The notes beneath the pieces are model-generated. The model was not told where the DNA came from and ran no database searches. It saw only the letters and a list, made by a program, of their open reading frames with translations. A stretch of DNA of 63,994 nt, the filler included, from Hyphochytrium catenoides (Eukaryota; Protista; Hyphochytriomycota): assembly GCA_900088475.1 (NCBI GenBank). It is 16 parts of 16 records of this genome, joined end to end, with 100 filler letters (N's around TTAATTAATTAA, not from the genome) between each part and the next. Parts side by side here need not be neighbours in the genome. Positions count along the whole stretch, not along the records: positions 27,971 to 34,073 come from FLMG01001364.1; positions 34,174 to 35,318 come from FLMG01003526.1; positions 35,419 to 36,887 come from FLMG01001408.1; positions 36,988 to 39,192 come from FLMG01000720.1; positions 39,293 to 45,416 come from FLMG01000088.1; 11 more parts are not named here. One strand, given 5' to 3'. Of this stretch, positions 29,017-41,145 are shown in pieces (within the stretch, counting starts at the first letter, position 1; each line of letters starts with the position of its first letter). The translations under genes were made by a program, and so were the position numbers.

Positions 29017-29973
29017 AGTTGAGTGGGATGATGTCGAGAGGGCTGAAATAAAGTCTAACAATCTATTCAGGGTTACAATATCTTCAAGGTTGCTGCTTTA
29101 TGCTGTGCGCTATCCCTCCCTCTCTCCCTACATCTCCTCTCGGCCTTTCTCTGCCAGTTACTCGTGCCATCCGTCTCTGTCTCTGGTGCAGTTGTCCTAT
29201 GTTCATCATTGAAAAGAGAGAAGTCGGAAAGAGGCATGACATCGGTCCAGCCTGGATAGAGCTAGAGAATTAGCGATCGACGAGGGGAGTAAGAAGTAGA
29301 GAGGGAGAAGGGCATGGAAGAGAAGAATACGCGCAATGTGCTCAGGGAGTGAAGAGAAGACAGAAGAGCAGGGTGAAGCTCGCGACAGAAGGTCTTTGCA
29401 CTCCTGTCCTTCGCGCAATGGAATCATCTCAAGAAAGGCAAGCGGAGAGAGAGAGAGAGCAAGAGCTCTCTTTATCCCTTCGCTCTTAACCCAGACAGAG
29501 AGAGAGAGAGAGAAAGGAGAACCTCTGCCATTATTGGGACCGAGAGAGAGGACAGAGATAGAAAGCAAGAGCTAGAGAGTGGAGCAGAAAACGAAGAGCG
29601 AGAGCGTACGCGCGAGAGAAAAGAAAGTGAGGAAGGGGGCAAAATGGTATCCTCGTACAACTCTTCTTCCTTTACATTGTCAATCGGAGGGCAGAGAGAC
29701 CGTAACTAGGGGCGAGAGAGAGAGAGAGAGAGGATGGAGAAGAGAGAGAGAGAGAGAGAGAACAAAATGCAAAGAAGACAGTGGCTGTCATAGAAACTGG
29801 TCTGGTTCAGCTGCGCACGCCTCAGTTTGTCTTTCTTTACTAGCGGTCAACTTTTATCGGTAAGCCGCCTTATGCTGTCGCCAGGACCGGGGCTGGACCT
29901 TCTCAGCCTTATTTTACTCTATTCTAACACTGAACAAGAGGTCCGAGCCAGGTACTATCACCACCTCACTTCT

Positions 29974-30019
<46 letters not shown>

Positions 30020-30044
30020 TATGGCTCTTTAGCAATGACAAGAG

Positions 30045-30824
30045 CTAGACAGGATCGTGAAGTCTCTTGCTTATTCCTCCGTCAAGGGCGTACGAGCCGC
30101 CAGTGATAAACGAGGCAGCGTCAGAGGCGAGGAACAGAGCAAGCTGCGACACCTCAGAAGGCTGGCCGATTCTTCCTACGGGATGTGCGCTTGCCAGCTC
30201 CTTGAACGCCTCTTCTTTCCCTCTAAAGCCGTCTAATAGCATTGGCGTCTCAATGGCAGCCGGGCAAATCACGTTGACACGCACTTTGTGCCCAAGATCG
30301 ACTGCCAGACTCTGTGTAAGCCCAGAAAGCGCTGCTTTACTCGTGGCATAAGCAACAAACTCAGGCTTGGTAAGCGCACTATGGATGCTGCCGATGTTGA
30401 CGACACTGCCGCGCGCGGCCTCTAGCGGCGCTAAGAACTGCTGAATGAGGAGAAAAGGCGCAAGAAGATTCACATTGAGCGTCTTTTTCCAGTCTCTGAG
30501 CTTCACATTGGCCACGGTGTTGAGGATCTGCACCGCTGCATTGTTAATGAGAACCTTCAGCAACGGAGTTCCATCTGCGGCGCGAGGAAGAAGAGCTTCA
30601 ATCTCCTTTTTGAAGCTTTGAAGCGTCTCTTCTTCCTCTACCAGCTCGTAGAGATCGGCTTGGATGTAAGCATCGTACCAAGGTTCTTCTGTCTCTCTTG
30701 TCTCTTTCTCGGGCTCTGGCAAGAAATCTGTGGCGATGACGAAGTATCCTTGAGACTTGAAAGAGCTGCAGAGATTTCTGCCAATGCCGCCACTGGCACC
30801 GGTGATCAGCGCCGCAGGCTTCAT
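30045..30824 (-). CDS. Classical short-chain dehydrogenase/reductase, intronless CDS
   Basis: TGASGGIG, NNAAVQ, catalytic S and YATSK, VRVNVICP, ITGGSYALDGG. Confidence 0.93.
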   Translation of the reverse strand: MKPAALITGASGGIGRNLCSSFKSQGYFVIATDFLPEPEKETRETEEPWYDAYIQADLYELVEEEETLQSFKKEIEALLPRAADGTPLLKVLINNAAVQILNTVANVKLRDWKKTLNVNLLAPFLLIQQFLAPLEAARGSVVNIGSIHSALTKPEFVAYATSKAALSGLTQSLAVDLGHKVRVNVICPAAIETPMLLDGFRGKEEAFKELASAHPVGRIGQPSEVSQLALFLASDAASFITGGSYALDGGISKRLHDPV

Positions 30825-31915
30825 CCGTAATCGGTAGGACCTGAAGCCCAGAGAGAGAAAGAGAGAGAGAGAAAAGAACGGCAGAAAGAAAATGAAAAGA
30901 AAGAGAAAGAGAGAGAGTCAACTAGGAGATCAGTTTCAGAAGAAAGAGGCTTGTTACGATAAGATGTTGCCTCTCTCTTTCTCTTTCTCTCTGTTTAGCA
31001 GCCTGACAGATCCCAAGGAACTCAAAGAATGGTGAGCGATGGACGGGTAGCAAGTTCTCTTCTCACTACCGTTTCCTCAGCTGTGTGCTGCTCTTTCCTC
31101 TTCTGTTTCTCTTTCTCTCTTGCTCTCTTTTATCTCTCTCTCTTGCTCTCTCTCTCTCTCTCTCACTCTCTTTCTCTGAGGCTCTCTCTGGAGCTCTACC
31201 TTCAACAGAGCAACTCTTCCCTTCTCTTCTCTCGTTTGCTCACTGGCGCTGTCTCACCCTCTGTGTCTCTCCTTTCATCTCTCTCTCCCTCTTACTCTTC
31301 CTTGATTTCTCTTCTTCACCTCTACTCGTAGAAGGTACTCTCCTTTCTCTAAAGGCTTTATTTACTACTACTTCTTTTCATCTCTTCCTNNNNNNNNNNN
31401 NNNNNNNNNNNNNNNNNNNNNNNNNNNNNNNNNNNNNNNNNNNNNNNNNNNNNNNNNNNNNNNNNNNNNNNNNNNNNNNNNNNNNNNNNNNNNNNNNNNN
31501 NNNNNNNNNNNNNNNNNNNNNNNNNNNNNNNNNNNNTGGCTGTATCCAGCGGGTCAAGCATCCAACACTCAAGGTATCCGTGCCCTATTCATTATATTAC
31601 TGACTAGAATTCCTCATAAGAACCGATAATAGAGCGTTTTCCTTCTCTTCACGGCTTTATTCTCAATCAGACTGGAAGCGCTTCACTGATCAGAAGCCCA
31701 GGTTAATGTACTGCATAGAATAAGCCCATACAGTATTAGGCGTTGAAGGAAGCGCATCGTCATCACAGGCCTGGACATCCTTCTCTCCCATGCGCGCAGA
31801 GCTCGAAGAGAAGTGCTTGCATGTTCGGAAAGAAAGGAGGAAGAATGTCTAATGTAGATGGACCTGACCTCTGTTACCAAGAGTTAATGCAGAGAGAGGA
31901 CGAAGAGGAGGAGAA

Positions 31916-31967
<52 letters not shown>

Positions 31968-32508
31968 GAGAGCTCACGAAACACTGCTTGCCATTATGGC
32001 TCCCTCCGTCGCTCCGGAAGTAGAGGACAAGAGGCTCGACGGCAGATCAAGCCGCAGCGGATGTCTCTCTATCTCATGCTTATCGCCACCTTAACCTTGA
32101 TAATAAGTATGGCTTTTTGCCCTTTGCTAACTTGCCAGTCGACCGTCTCAGGTCTTGAGGGGCAAACGGTGAAGGAATACTCCTGATAGGAAGTTCATTA
32201 TTCTTTTTACAAATCACAGAAGGGAGAGAGAGAGAGAGAGAGAGAGACACTCTTAGAGCTCCGTACAAAAAGGAGAAATAAAGACGCCAAACAATGTCTC
32301 CTTCTTTCATCGTCCTCTCTTCTCTTCTCCCCCACCATCGCCTCGCAACCAACAAACAACACCAACAACTGTACAATAGGCCACAGAGAGAGAGAGAGAA
32401 AGAGAGAGAATCCCATCTAACTCCTAGACATCAAAAAGAGGGGACCGGATTCTCTCGCCCTCTCTCTCAGGGCCGCCTTCTTCTTTCTGTTTTTGGGCAG
32501 GCAGTCGT

Positions 32509-33288
32509 CTATTGGTTCTGAAGCACGTGGATTGTCAGCATCAGGTCCAAGTCTGCATCATAGCTACAGAGCTGGGCGAAGCAGCCTTGCACTAGCTCCA
32601 CCTGTCTTCGAAGTTGCTCTATGCTGGGTCGCTCAACAAACTTGATCGACTTGGTTCTAACATTATCCATGGTTCCTGTCACCAGATGGACGGCGTCTCT
32701 CTCATGGATACTATCACCAAAGGAGAGGACATTCTTCACGCAGCAAGCTGGCTTAGCTCCATAGAACCGGTTGATCTCCTCAGAGAACGCTGCAAACTTC
32801 CAGTCCAGCGGAGAGTCTGGGAAGCTTGGTTCGTAGGTGGAGCGCGCACTCACAACGTCTAATCTACTGATTGTATCGACCAAAGAAGGGAGAAACTTGG
32901 CACAGCTGAGCTCAACCCAGCCTGTCTCTGCATTGGTGATGATCACCACTGTTCCGCACTCGCTGGCCACCCGGAGTAGAGCCTTTACGCATTCTGCAAG
33001 CTGTGCCATCTGCTCTAATGTCTCTTCATCCAGGTTCAGAGGCCCATCTAACCGTAAGCCCTCCTGTGTGATGAAGGAGCTTGGTAGAAGAGTGTCATCC
33101 CAGTCAAAGACGATGATGGTGTCTTCAGGAGAGAAAGGCTTCCTGAAGGCGCTCTGTAAGCTGTTGCTCTCTTTCTCCAAGATCTGCTCTTCTGATTCTG
33201 GCTCGTGGACGTCCGCAACTGGGCCATCAACGTCAACATCCTCCACCATCGGGAGCACTGCCACTGGGCCCTCAACGGTGACTGTCAT
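32509..33288 (-). CDS. HAD-superfamily hydrolase-like conserved protein, intronless
   Basis: Motif I FDWDDTL, motif II ITNA, WKF, motif IV SFGDS. Confidence 0.85.
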   Translation of the reverse strand: MTVTVEGPVAVLPMVEDVDVDGPVADVHEPESEEQILEKESNSLQSAFRKPFSPEDTIIVFDWDDTLLPSSFITQEGLRLDGPLNLDEETLEQMAQLAECVKALLRVASECGTVVIITNAETGWVELSCAKFLPSLVDTISRLDVVSARSTYEPSFPDSPLDWKFAAFSEEINRFYGAKPACCVKNVLSFGDSIHERDAVHLVTGTMDNVRTKSIKFVERPSIEQLRRQVELVQGCFAQLCSYDADLDLMLTIHVLQNQ

Positions 33289-35669
33289 CTTTTTGAAATG
33301 TCTCTCTCTCTGGCTAAGGCCTTTTCCTACGCACCGCCGCTATTGGAGCTCTGTCTCAAAAAGGGAGAGAGAACAGAGATCCGAGGCCCAGAGAAGGAAA
33401 GAGAGAGCCTTCGGGGTCGAAGATTGCCCCTTCTCTCTCGCGTTCTTTCGTTGGTTCAGTAGGAGGAGATAGGAAGCTGAAGCGCTACGTGGGTTATTGC
33501 GCTCCAAAGCTGTCACAATCCAAAAAAGAAGAAATGGAGAGAGAGAGAGAAAGAGAGACAGTGAGGGCTTGGCTTCTTATCGCCGGCGCTCAATGCCGGC
33601 CGACTGGCTCTTGGAGCAAGTTGATGGAGAGAATGAGACTGAAAGTGGGAGGGAGTCTCAACTTGAGAAGCAGTCAAGGCAGAGAACGCCAATAACAAAG
33701 ATTGGTCCAAAGTGTTAGTGGCTTCAATGCAGGAGAGAGAGAGAGAGAGAGAGAGAGCGGGAGAGAGAGAGAGAGGGATGAAAAGAGCGGGTCTGGGTGA
33801 GCTGTGATAAGAAAGGTGGACCAAGGTCAACGACAGAGAGAGAGAGAGAGAGGGTGAGGCACACGAGACAGAAAACGAGGGAAGTGAGGCGTACAAAGTG
33901 GAAGCACAACGAAAGATTGATCATTCTTCGTCGCTCTCTCTCTCAAAAGCTGCTGCTGATGCTGTTGGCTGTCAACCTCTTCCTTGCCACATTGCTGGTG
34001 GCCTCTCTTCCTTTCTCTCTCTCTCCCTCCATATTGGTGTGCTGTCTCTCTTTTCCCGCTTCTTTCTTGTCTCNNNNNNNNNNNNNNNNNNNNNNNNNNN
34101 NNNNNNNNNNNNNNNNNTTAATTAATTAANNNNNNNNNNNNNNNNNNNNNNNNNNNNNNNNNNNNNNNNNNNNAAAAATTCCCCCCAAACCTTGAATGTT
34201 TATGACCAAACATTACCGCTATATAATATGCCTTAAAGGGGACAGAGAGAGACTGCTAAGGTATCATCTGTTCGCCAGAGGAAGATGCTGCAGTGCTCAC
34301 GATAAATAAGCCAGCAGTTGCCCCGTCAAGGACCTTTATCCTGCTGACGATTGCGATAACAGGCAAACCAATTGAACCCCTTGCTGCCTTGACAAATCTC
34401 TTGTGTCCTGGACGATAATGGGCACCTGCAGAGGAGGCGGAGAAGACAGCAGATCATCAACTTATGGGCTATTAAAATGTATTCAAAGCTACTAAGAAGA
34501 AGAAAGAAGAGAAGGCAGCAGGTACGAAGGCTTGGTCTTTTCATTTTCTCCTATTACGAAAAAGCAAATTTTGCCACACAAGAGGCAGGAATGCTCAGGG
34601 TCTACTTGGTCATCGCTGCTGCAGCAGTGAAGAGAAAGGGGAGCAGCAGCGATGAGAAAGGGGATTAGCAAGCCCACAACGAAGTCTCCACCCGTCATTA
34701 TTAGTAGGTCAATTATGCTAAAAGTTGTATGATAATTAAGGCAGAGTGGGAGTTCTCCTCGTTGATAACCTCCTACACAATATGCGACGCAATCTGTCGC
34801 CTCTAAGAGTTTGTAAAGTCACACCTTATGGTCCGTGTCGAAGCCGGCATCTTTAGTAGCTAAATCTTCCGAGGACAATCACTGTGTTAAGAATGAATAT
34901 TACCAGCTGCGGTGCAAAGGAGGAACCAGGAACCGAAGAAGTGGACGGGCCGCTATAATACTATCCAATCGGGTCCAGCAAGAATTCAGAGATGGTACAT
35001 TATTGTCTCATCCTATTGTTGTTCTTATTGCTTCTTCTGCCCGTATAAAGGTGCCGACTATGGCTGCAAGATAGAAAAAGCTGTAGGTAGATTATTTAGA
35101 CGCTTTTTTGTTGGACAGGAACACAAAATCATCATCATTTGTTGTAACGTGGATTTGCTCTTTTTTCCAGACCATCAACCATCTTCTATGCGTGATTTGG
35201 AATAAGAGAGGTATTTCAACATACTTATTCTGAAGTTGTACAGTAAGACAACATAGTAGGAGGATAGCCCTCTTTAGTAGTTCTGGTTTCTGACAGAATG
35301 GTCCTCAGAAAGGGGTCCNNNNNNNNNNNNNNNNNNNNNNNNNNNNNNNNNNNNNNNNNNNNTTAATTAATTAANNNNNNNNNNNNNNNNNNNNNNNNNN
35401 NNNNNNNNNNNNNNNNNNTTCTGTCCAAATCTTTCTCCCACCGTCGCTTCGAGCGGCGGCTCTTTGTTCCTCCGCCTTTCCCTTCCCCCGTTGTCAACTA
35501 AGGGCAAAGAGATGATAATTAGCTCCTTTTATTATAAAGCTGGTTGTTTATGGGAGATAATGAGAGAGACAGAGAGAAACCAACGCTCTCATACCTTGGT
35601 TCCCATAACCTCTGGTAAGTTGAGAGAGAGAAGGAATAAAGACTCTTCTTTCTTCTCTTTATTTTCTCT

Positions 35670-35722
<53 letters not shown>

Positions 35723-36119
35723 CTTCTCCTCTTTCCTGTTCTATCTATGCTCGCTCATCTCCTATCTGATTGCTCTTTCCTGACTTTGTCACAGGGAGTG
35801 AAGCAGCAACGAGCTGCTAGAGTGGGTCTGTGCCATGGATTGATTAGCACACAACGTGACCTATGGCTCTCTACTAGAGGAGGAGATGCCAGAAAGTACA
35901 GAATGCCCTTCTGCCGAGTTCATAGACTGCGGTGGCAAAGGAAACATTCAGCTCTATTAAGTACTACTACGGAAGAGCGACAAAGCACCACGGAAGAGCG
36001 ACAATGCGCGGAAGAAGAAAGATAACGGCTTCATTGACAGCGGTGCTCCTACTATGTGATGGGAAGCGAGGACTTGTTGACTAGTAATGTTAGAGCTATA
36101 GGAAGAAGCTCCTCTTCAC

Positions 36120-36500
36120 TCATTTTCCTTGTATCGAACACCACTGAGGAACGTTGTTCCTAATATTCACTCTTTAGCCCCTGCACTTTGCTACTATCTA
36201 GAGGGTCTATGACCTATCTTCTCCTGCTACAGCTCAACTCGAGCGGGCTTTTATAAACCTCAAAATTGTCGTTATTGATCAGGCCATCCATGTGCTACAG
36301 ACATTGACCGTTCCATCAGATCATTATATATCATCTAGGGTACAAAGGTCACTTCAGCTTTTGAGCCCATAGGCGAACTCTGCCTTGCAGCTAGTCGTCG
36401 TTCGTACTACATCTAGTTAGTACTTAGCCGTAGGATGAGAACCGGCGGCGGGTGTATGGGACATATTTCGCCCAAGATTGAGGAGGCAGCCTCAACCGCT
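36120..36500 (-). mobile_element. Possible decayed Ty3/gypsy gag-protease remnant
   Basis: CPIH knuckle-like segment and ILGTTFL protease-like segment among many TAG/TAA stops. Confidence 0.25.
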
Positions 36501-37099
36501 CGGAGTCAGGGAGTGGCTGCCAAAAAGGAGACTTCTCCTTCGCTTTTCCTCTTCGCGTTTTCTCAAGACGGCCGCTAATAGTGCCCTCGTCTTACGCTTT
36601 ACTATTCTACTGTTTCTTTTGGGGTTAGGGTTTCTAGCCCTCCATCAAAGGCTGGGGGCATGTAGGCTCGCATTTGCCTCCCTCCTTGTCTTGCCCTGTG
36701 TTAGTCTCCTAATAACCTCTTTTGGTGTCCTCTCTTGTCGTAGTGGCTAGGACAACCCTACCTCTCCCATTCTTTCCAGGCAGGCTTTCTGTCCTTACTT
36801 AGCCTATTCTATCCCTTTCTTTCCTTGTAGCTGATCACCGTTAGATGACTTCCGTAACTTCTGATTGTTACCACTTCCCCTGCTCCCNNNNNNNNNNNNN
36901 NNNNNNNNNNNNNNNNNNNNNNNNNNNNNNNTTAATTAATTAANNNNNNNNNNNNNNNNNNNNNNNNNNNNNNNNNNNNNNNNNNNNCACCTTTCCTCCT
37001 GGGACTGCTGGCAATTATTGTTGGGGCGGCGGCGGGCCCTTATTGTCGATTGCTCTGTTATCGCCTTTGGGAGGTCCTTCTGCAGCTCTCTCGCCTTTA

Positions 37100-37310
37100 T
37101 CACATAAAGGCTGATCATCATCCTCATTGTACGAACAACCCAGCACTCCCCCTTGGAAGGAGTCAGCCGTTACCAGTCCCCGCTGCAGACAAGTAGACGA
37201 GAAATCAACACTTGCGGATTCACCACAGCTTCCTCCTACTTTGGAAGAGGGGTATCATCGGGGCTCTGAGATCTCTGTCTGCTGGTCAGGCGCCTGGCCC
37301 GTCTACGTTA
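37100..37310 (+). mobile_element. Possible gypsy RT N-terminal remnant
   Basis: Frameshifted QVDE..LLLLWKRGII segment. Confidence 0.25.
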
Positions 37311-39292
37311 TATCNNNNNNNNNNNNNNNNNNNNNNNNNNNNNNNNNNNNNNNNTTCTTTGGGGAGAGGGAGCAGAGAGTTGGCGACGAAGGGATAAACG
37401 CCACTACCACCGGACGGCTGCTCCTTTTCAGCTCAAATATCGACAACAGTGGCTGAAGCTGACTGATGACGATAGGCCCCAAAGCGGATGAGCAGGAGAA
37501 TTAAATTCACTTTCGTTGTTTCCAGTTTGAGCCTGCTGATGCGCTCGTTTCTCGTTGGACTCCTTCGATGCTCTGTGCTGTGTGAAAGATAATACCTCCT
37601 ATTTCAGTTGGTTCTACTGTCCGTCAGTCATGGCAGCTTGGCNNNNNNNNNNNNNNNNNNNNNNNNNNNNNNNNNNNNNNNNNNNNNNNNNNNNNNNNNN
37701 NNNNNNNNNNNCTGCCATTCTGTGCGCTTTACCGCATTGAAACGGTCACCCTACAGAGTCTGTGCACCATGAAGTCTGATGCTTGTGTTACCTGACCACT
37801 TTTTCATTCATCGGCTGCTGGGCCCTGGTGAGATGCTGAGAGAACGCTGACAAACGTCCAACTCGTCGAACTCCTCTTTCATCACTCGAGAAGCAGCTCT
37901 TGTCTTCACTAACGGTTAGGGCTCAAGTCTATCGGGTTAGCTCTCGCTCCCTTTATTGTGTCCTTGTTTTTCCCCTCTCTATCCAGTACCCTCTCATTTT
38001 GGCTTGCCCTCTCTCCTTCCCTACTAAGCACACCCTCGCTCTGTGCCAACTATTGACAATCGTCTTGCAGATAGCCCAAAAAGCTCTCAGTCACGAATCC
38101 TGTGTGTACCAGCCTGGGCAGCCCCCATGAGTTGCAGGCCACATAAGGTGACCTTCTAGATCTATGTTTATTGCTTCTCTGCCATGGTCTCGATAACCCT
38201 CTGTTTGTCATCTTTGCCTTGTTCCCTTTCCTTCCCACCATCATCGCCTTCGCTTTACTCCTTCAGAGTGAACAAATGCCTTAGCGATCCTTCTCTTGCT
38301 GCGGGCAACTACCTGCTATCACCTTCTTCTAGCTTTTTTGCTGTCATATGCGTTTTCTCTATTTTACCGGCTTTCCCGTCTCCTCCGCTGACTCAGGGAC
38401 ATAGAAACGGACCTGACTTTCAAGCGTATNNNNNNNNNNNNNNNNNNNNNNNNNNNNNNNNNNNNNNNNNNNNNGCCTTGCTGATAACTTCTTTAGCTTA
38501 TGCAAACTACAGAGGTTGGCGATCCTACTTATTCTTCCTGCCACGGTAAATCCTGCTGAGCAGAAGAGTAGGAAGTGAAGACTCTGGCTTTCTTGCACGA
38601 ACAAGAGAGCTCGCCGGCCTGCTGACTTCTCAGGAAGCCTTCAATGGACCAGCATATCAGATGTTCTAAGTAGGGCCTCACTGACATCTGCTATCTTTCC
38701 TCGGAAGGTCAGAAGCTTCATTTGGTCGGGGACGATCTGGCAAATGTTTCTCCCTCCTCGTACCTCGCCTACTTTCCCTCTAGTGGTCATGCTTGTTGCT
38801 TGTTTATATTGTCTATAGAGTTTTGACTTTGTGCCCATCAGTCCCCGTCTGTCTTCTCTGACATGACACCTGCCGCAGCTAACGCTTCTACTATAGAGTA
38901 CAATCACGTTGCTTGCGTCTTTTTATGCTCTATCCCATTTCGTTTCTCTCCATTATCACCTCCCTCCTCTCTCTCTTTTTAAGTTCGTTGCCCTTATGCT
39001 GTCATTATTCGCTTCTGCTTTCACTTCAATAATCATTTTCTTTCCTATGGGCATTTCTTTCTAAGCGTTCTTGTTATCACACCGAGCAGCTGTTACAAGC
39101 TCTGCGCCTCTTTCGTCCTCTAAGTCTTAACCCTTTCTATTGGGAACTACAAATCTCTTACAGCCCACTCTGCTTTTCTTGCTGCACCATTCNNNNNNNN
39201 NNNNNNNNNNNNNNNNNNNNNNNNNNNNNNNNNNNNTTAATTAATTAANNNNNNNNNNNNNNNNNNNNNNNNNNNNNNNNNNNNNNNNNNNN

Positions 39293-39877
39293 GCCATCAG
39301 CCAGCAGTGTCTGACTCTCATCCTCGATGTGAACGAGGAGGTCTTCTAACTCATCCAGGTAACTTCGAACCCGGCTTGACCAGATAGAACGCTGGTCCCT
39401 GTGTAGAACAGCGATATTGTGCGGATGAACTCCGCCTTCCTTTGATGTCATTGTATGCGATAGGATCGTCACTCTAGCAGCAGCTCAACTGAGAAGAGGA
39501 GAAGCAACAGTCACGACCAACTGCGAGTGTGGGCCTAACATAACCTGATGAACTTTACAGAGCTGGGTGGCAATGCCTGAAGCTTGTATGAGCACAATCT
39601 AGATGAAACGATAACAAAGGGACTTGGTATTGATATCTGATTGAGATTTCTCTGAATGATTGCTGAGTCCTGAGAGTCTGGTCTCGAGATCTTTGCTCGG
39701 CCCAGCTTCCCTCATCATCTCTCTCTCCTCTGATGTTCCTGTGTTCTTCTGGAAATTCTTCTCACATCCCTCTTTCCCATAACACAGGTGCACCCGTAAC
39801 GTCTATCTCCCTGAGAGCTAGGTGTGTATAGAGAGTGACTACTGTACTACTGACAACGAACATTGTAGCACTCAACA
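39293..39877 (-). mobile_element. Ty1/copia 5' end: LTR family B (39877-39546, TG..CA), GGTTATG-type PBS and gag start
   Basis: LTR is homologous to 40585-40853 and 62735-62778. gag motif WSSRVRSYLDELEDLL.HIE. Confidence 0.7.
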
Positions 39878-39919
39878 CGCACCGCTTCTGTTCTTGACGA
39901 CGCTCGGAGAGATTGTTTC

Positions 39920-40134
39920 TGTTGGAGTCTGAGGGCACAGCTATGTGGACTACAAGCTGGCAAGCTCAGCTACCCAAGTTTCAGCTCCAAACTGCCAGTA
40001 GAAGCCGAGATATCTATGGCTTATGGTCAGTATCCCGGAATACCTTCAGGACTGACTATTCTAGACAGGGATATCTCTATAACTCCATATCTTAGACTTT
40101 ATTCGGAATAGTTGGCATAGTCAGAATAGCTCTA
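39920..40134 (+). mobile_element. LTR family A followed by PBS-like GATTATGGGACC
   Basis: Near-identical to 62550-62734; its first 22 bp recur at 59805-59826. Confidence 0.75.
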
Positions 40135-40584
40135 GATTATGGGACCTCAGTTGGGCTTATGAGTAGAGCCCTTTTATCTAATGACATTGTCCAATCATCC
40201 CATATAATCCCACACGTTTTGGGGATATCGTCTCATTTATCAACGCAAGAAGAACACCAATCCTACGGGCACAAAGTCGTACATTGTCCATTTCTCTTTT
40301 CATTCTCATTATCAAGATCTATATCAAGCCGTCAGGCATCAACATTATGAGCTCTTCTCTGGTTACGATATCAAAGCTACAAGGGATGGAGGATATCCTG
40401 TTTGGCGATTGAAAATGGAGGTTTCAGGCATTGCCATCCAGCTCTGCAAACTTCATCACACCCTTATTGCTACTATTGGTACTACCCACCTAGCTTCGTC
40501 TGCAGGGGAGAGCGTGAGTGAGACGGACAATATGAGGACCGTCACCACTACTGACAATTCAGAGAAGCTAGGTATGCGGGGGAG

Positions 40585-40853
40585 TGTTGAGTGATACAAT
40601 GCTCCTCGTTGTCAGTAATCACTCTCTATACACACCTAGCTCTCAGAGGCATAGTCGTTACCGATATACACTGTGTTATGGGTGAAGAGAGATGTGAGGA
40701 GAATTCCCTGACCACTTCCTTGAAAGGACTTTGTAGGAGGAGAATGGAACGAGTCAATTCACATATAATCATCATCAAGTCCCTTTGTTATATGTTCACC
40801 TAGACAGAGCTTCAGACGTCATCAACATCTACCTCTGCTAACTTTCATCATCA
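40585..40853 (+). mobile_element. 3' LTR (family B variant) preceded by a polypurine tract
   Basis: REKLGM pol end, GCGGGGGAG tract, then TGTTGAGTG. Aligns to the reverse complement of 39546-39877. Confidence 0.7.
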
Positions 40854-41145
40854 GATTTATAGTAACTAGGCTATTATCACAAAGTAAGTCATCATGGGAA
40901 GTGCAGAACAGTAACTAGGTCTTGTAGATAACGTAAAACGCAGTGACTAACTAGAACAATTAGACACCATGATAACTAGCAAAACAGGGTCCCATAAGCT
41001 CTCCCTTCCCATTCTGACCATATTAGTAGACCACCTAACCTAAATAAGAGCGTTTTCAAACCACATCATAAAATTTTCTGTTTGTGAATCTAGTCCTACA
41101 AAAGCGGGTCAGAGCAGAGCGAAAGGGAAAGGGTCTTCTTCGGAG

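Noticed and set aside
32837-33472. 211-aa plus-strand ORF
   Set aside because: Antisense to the motif-bearing HAD gene.
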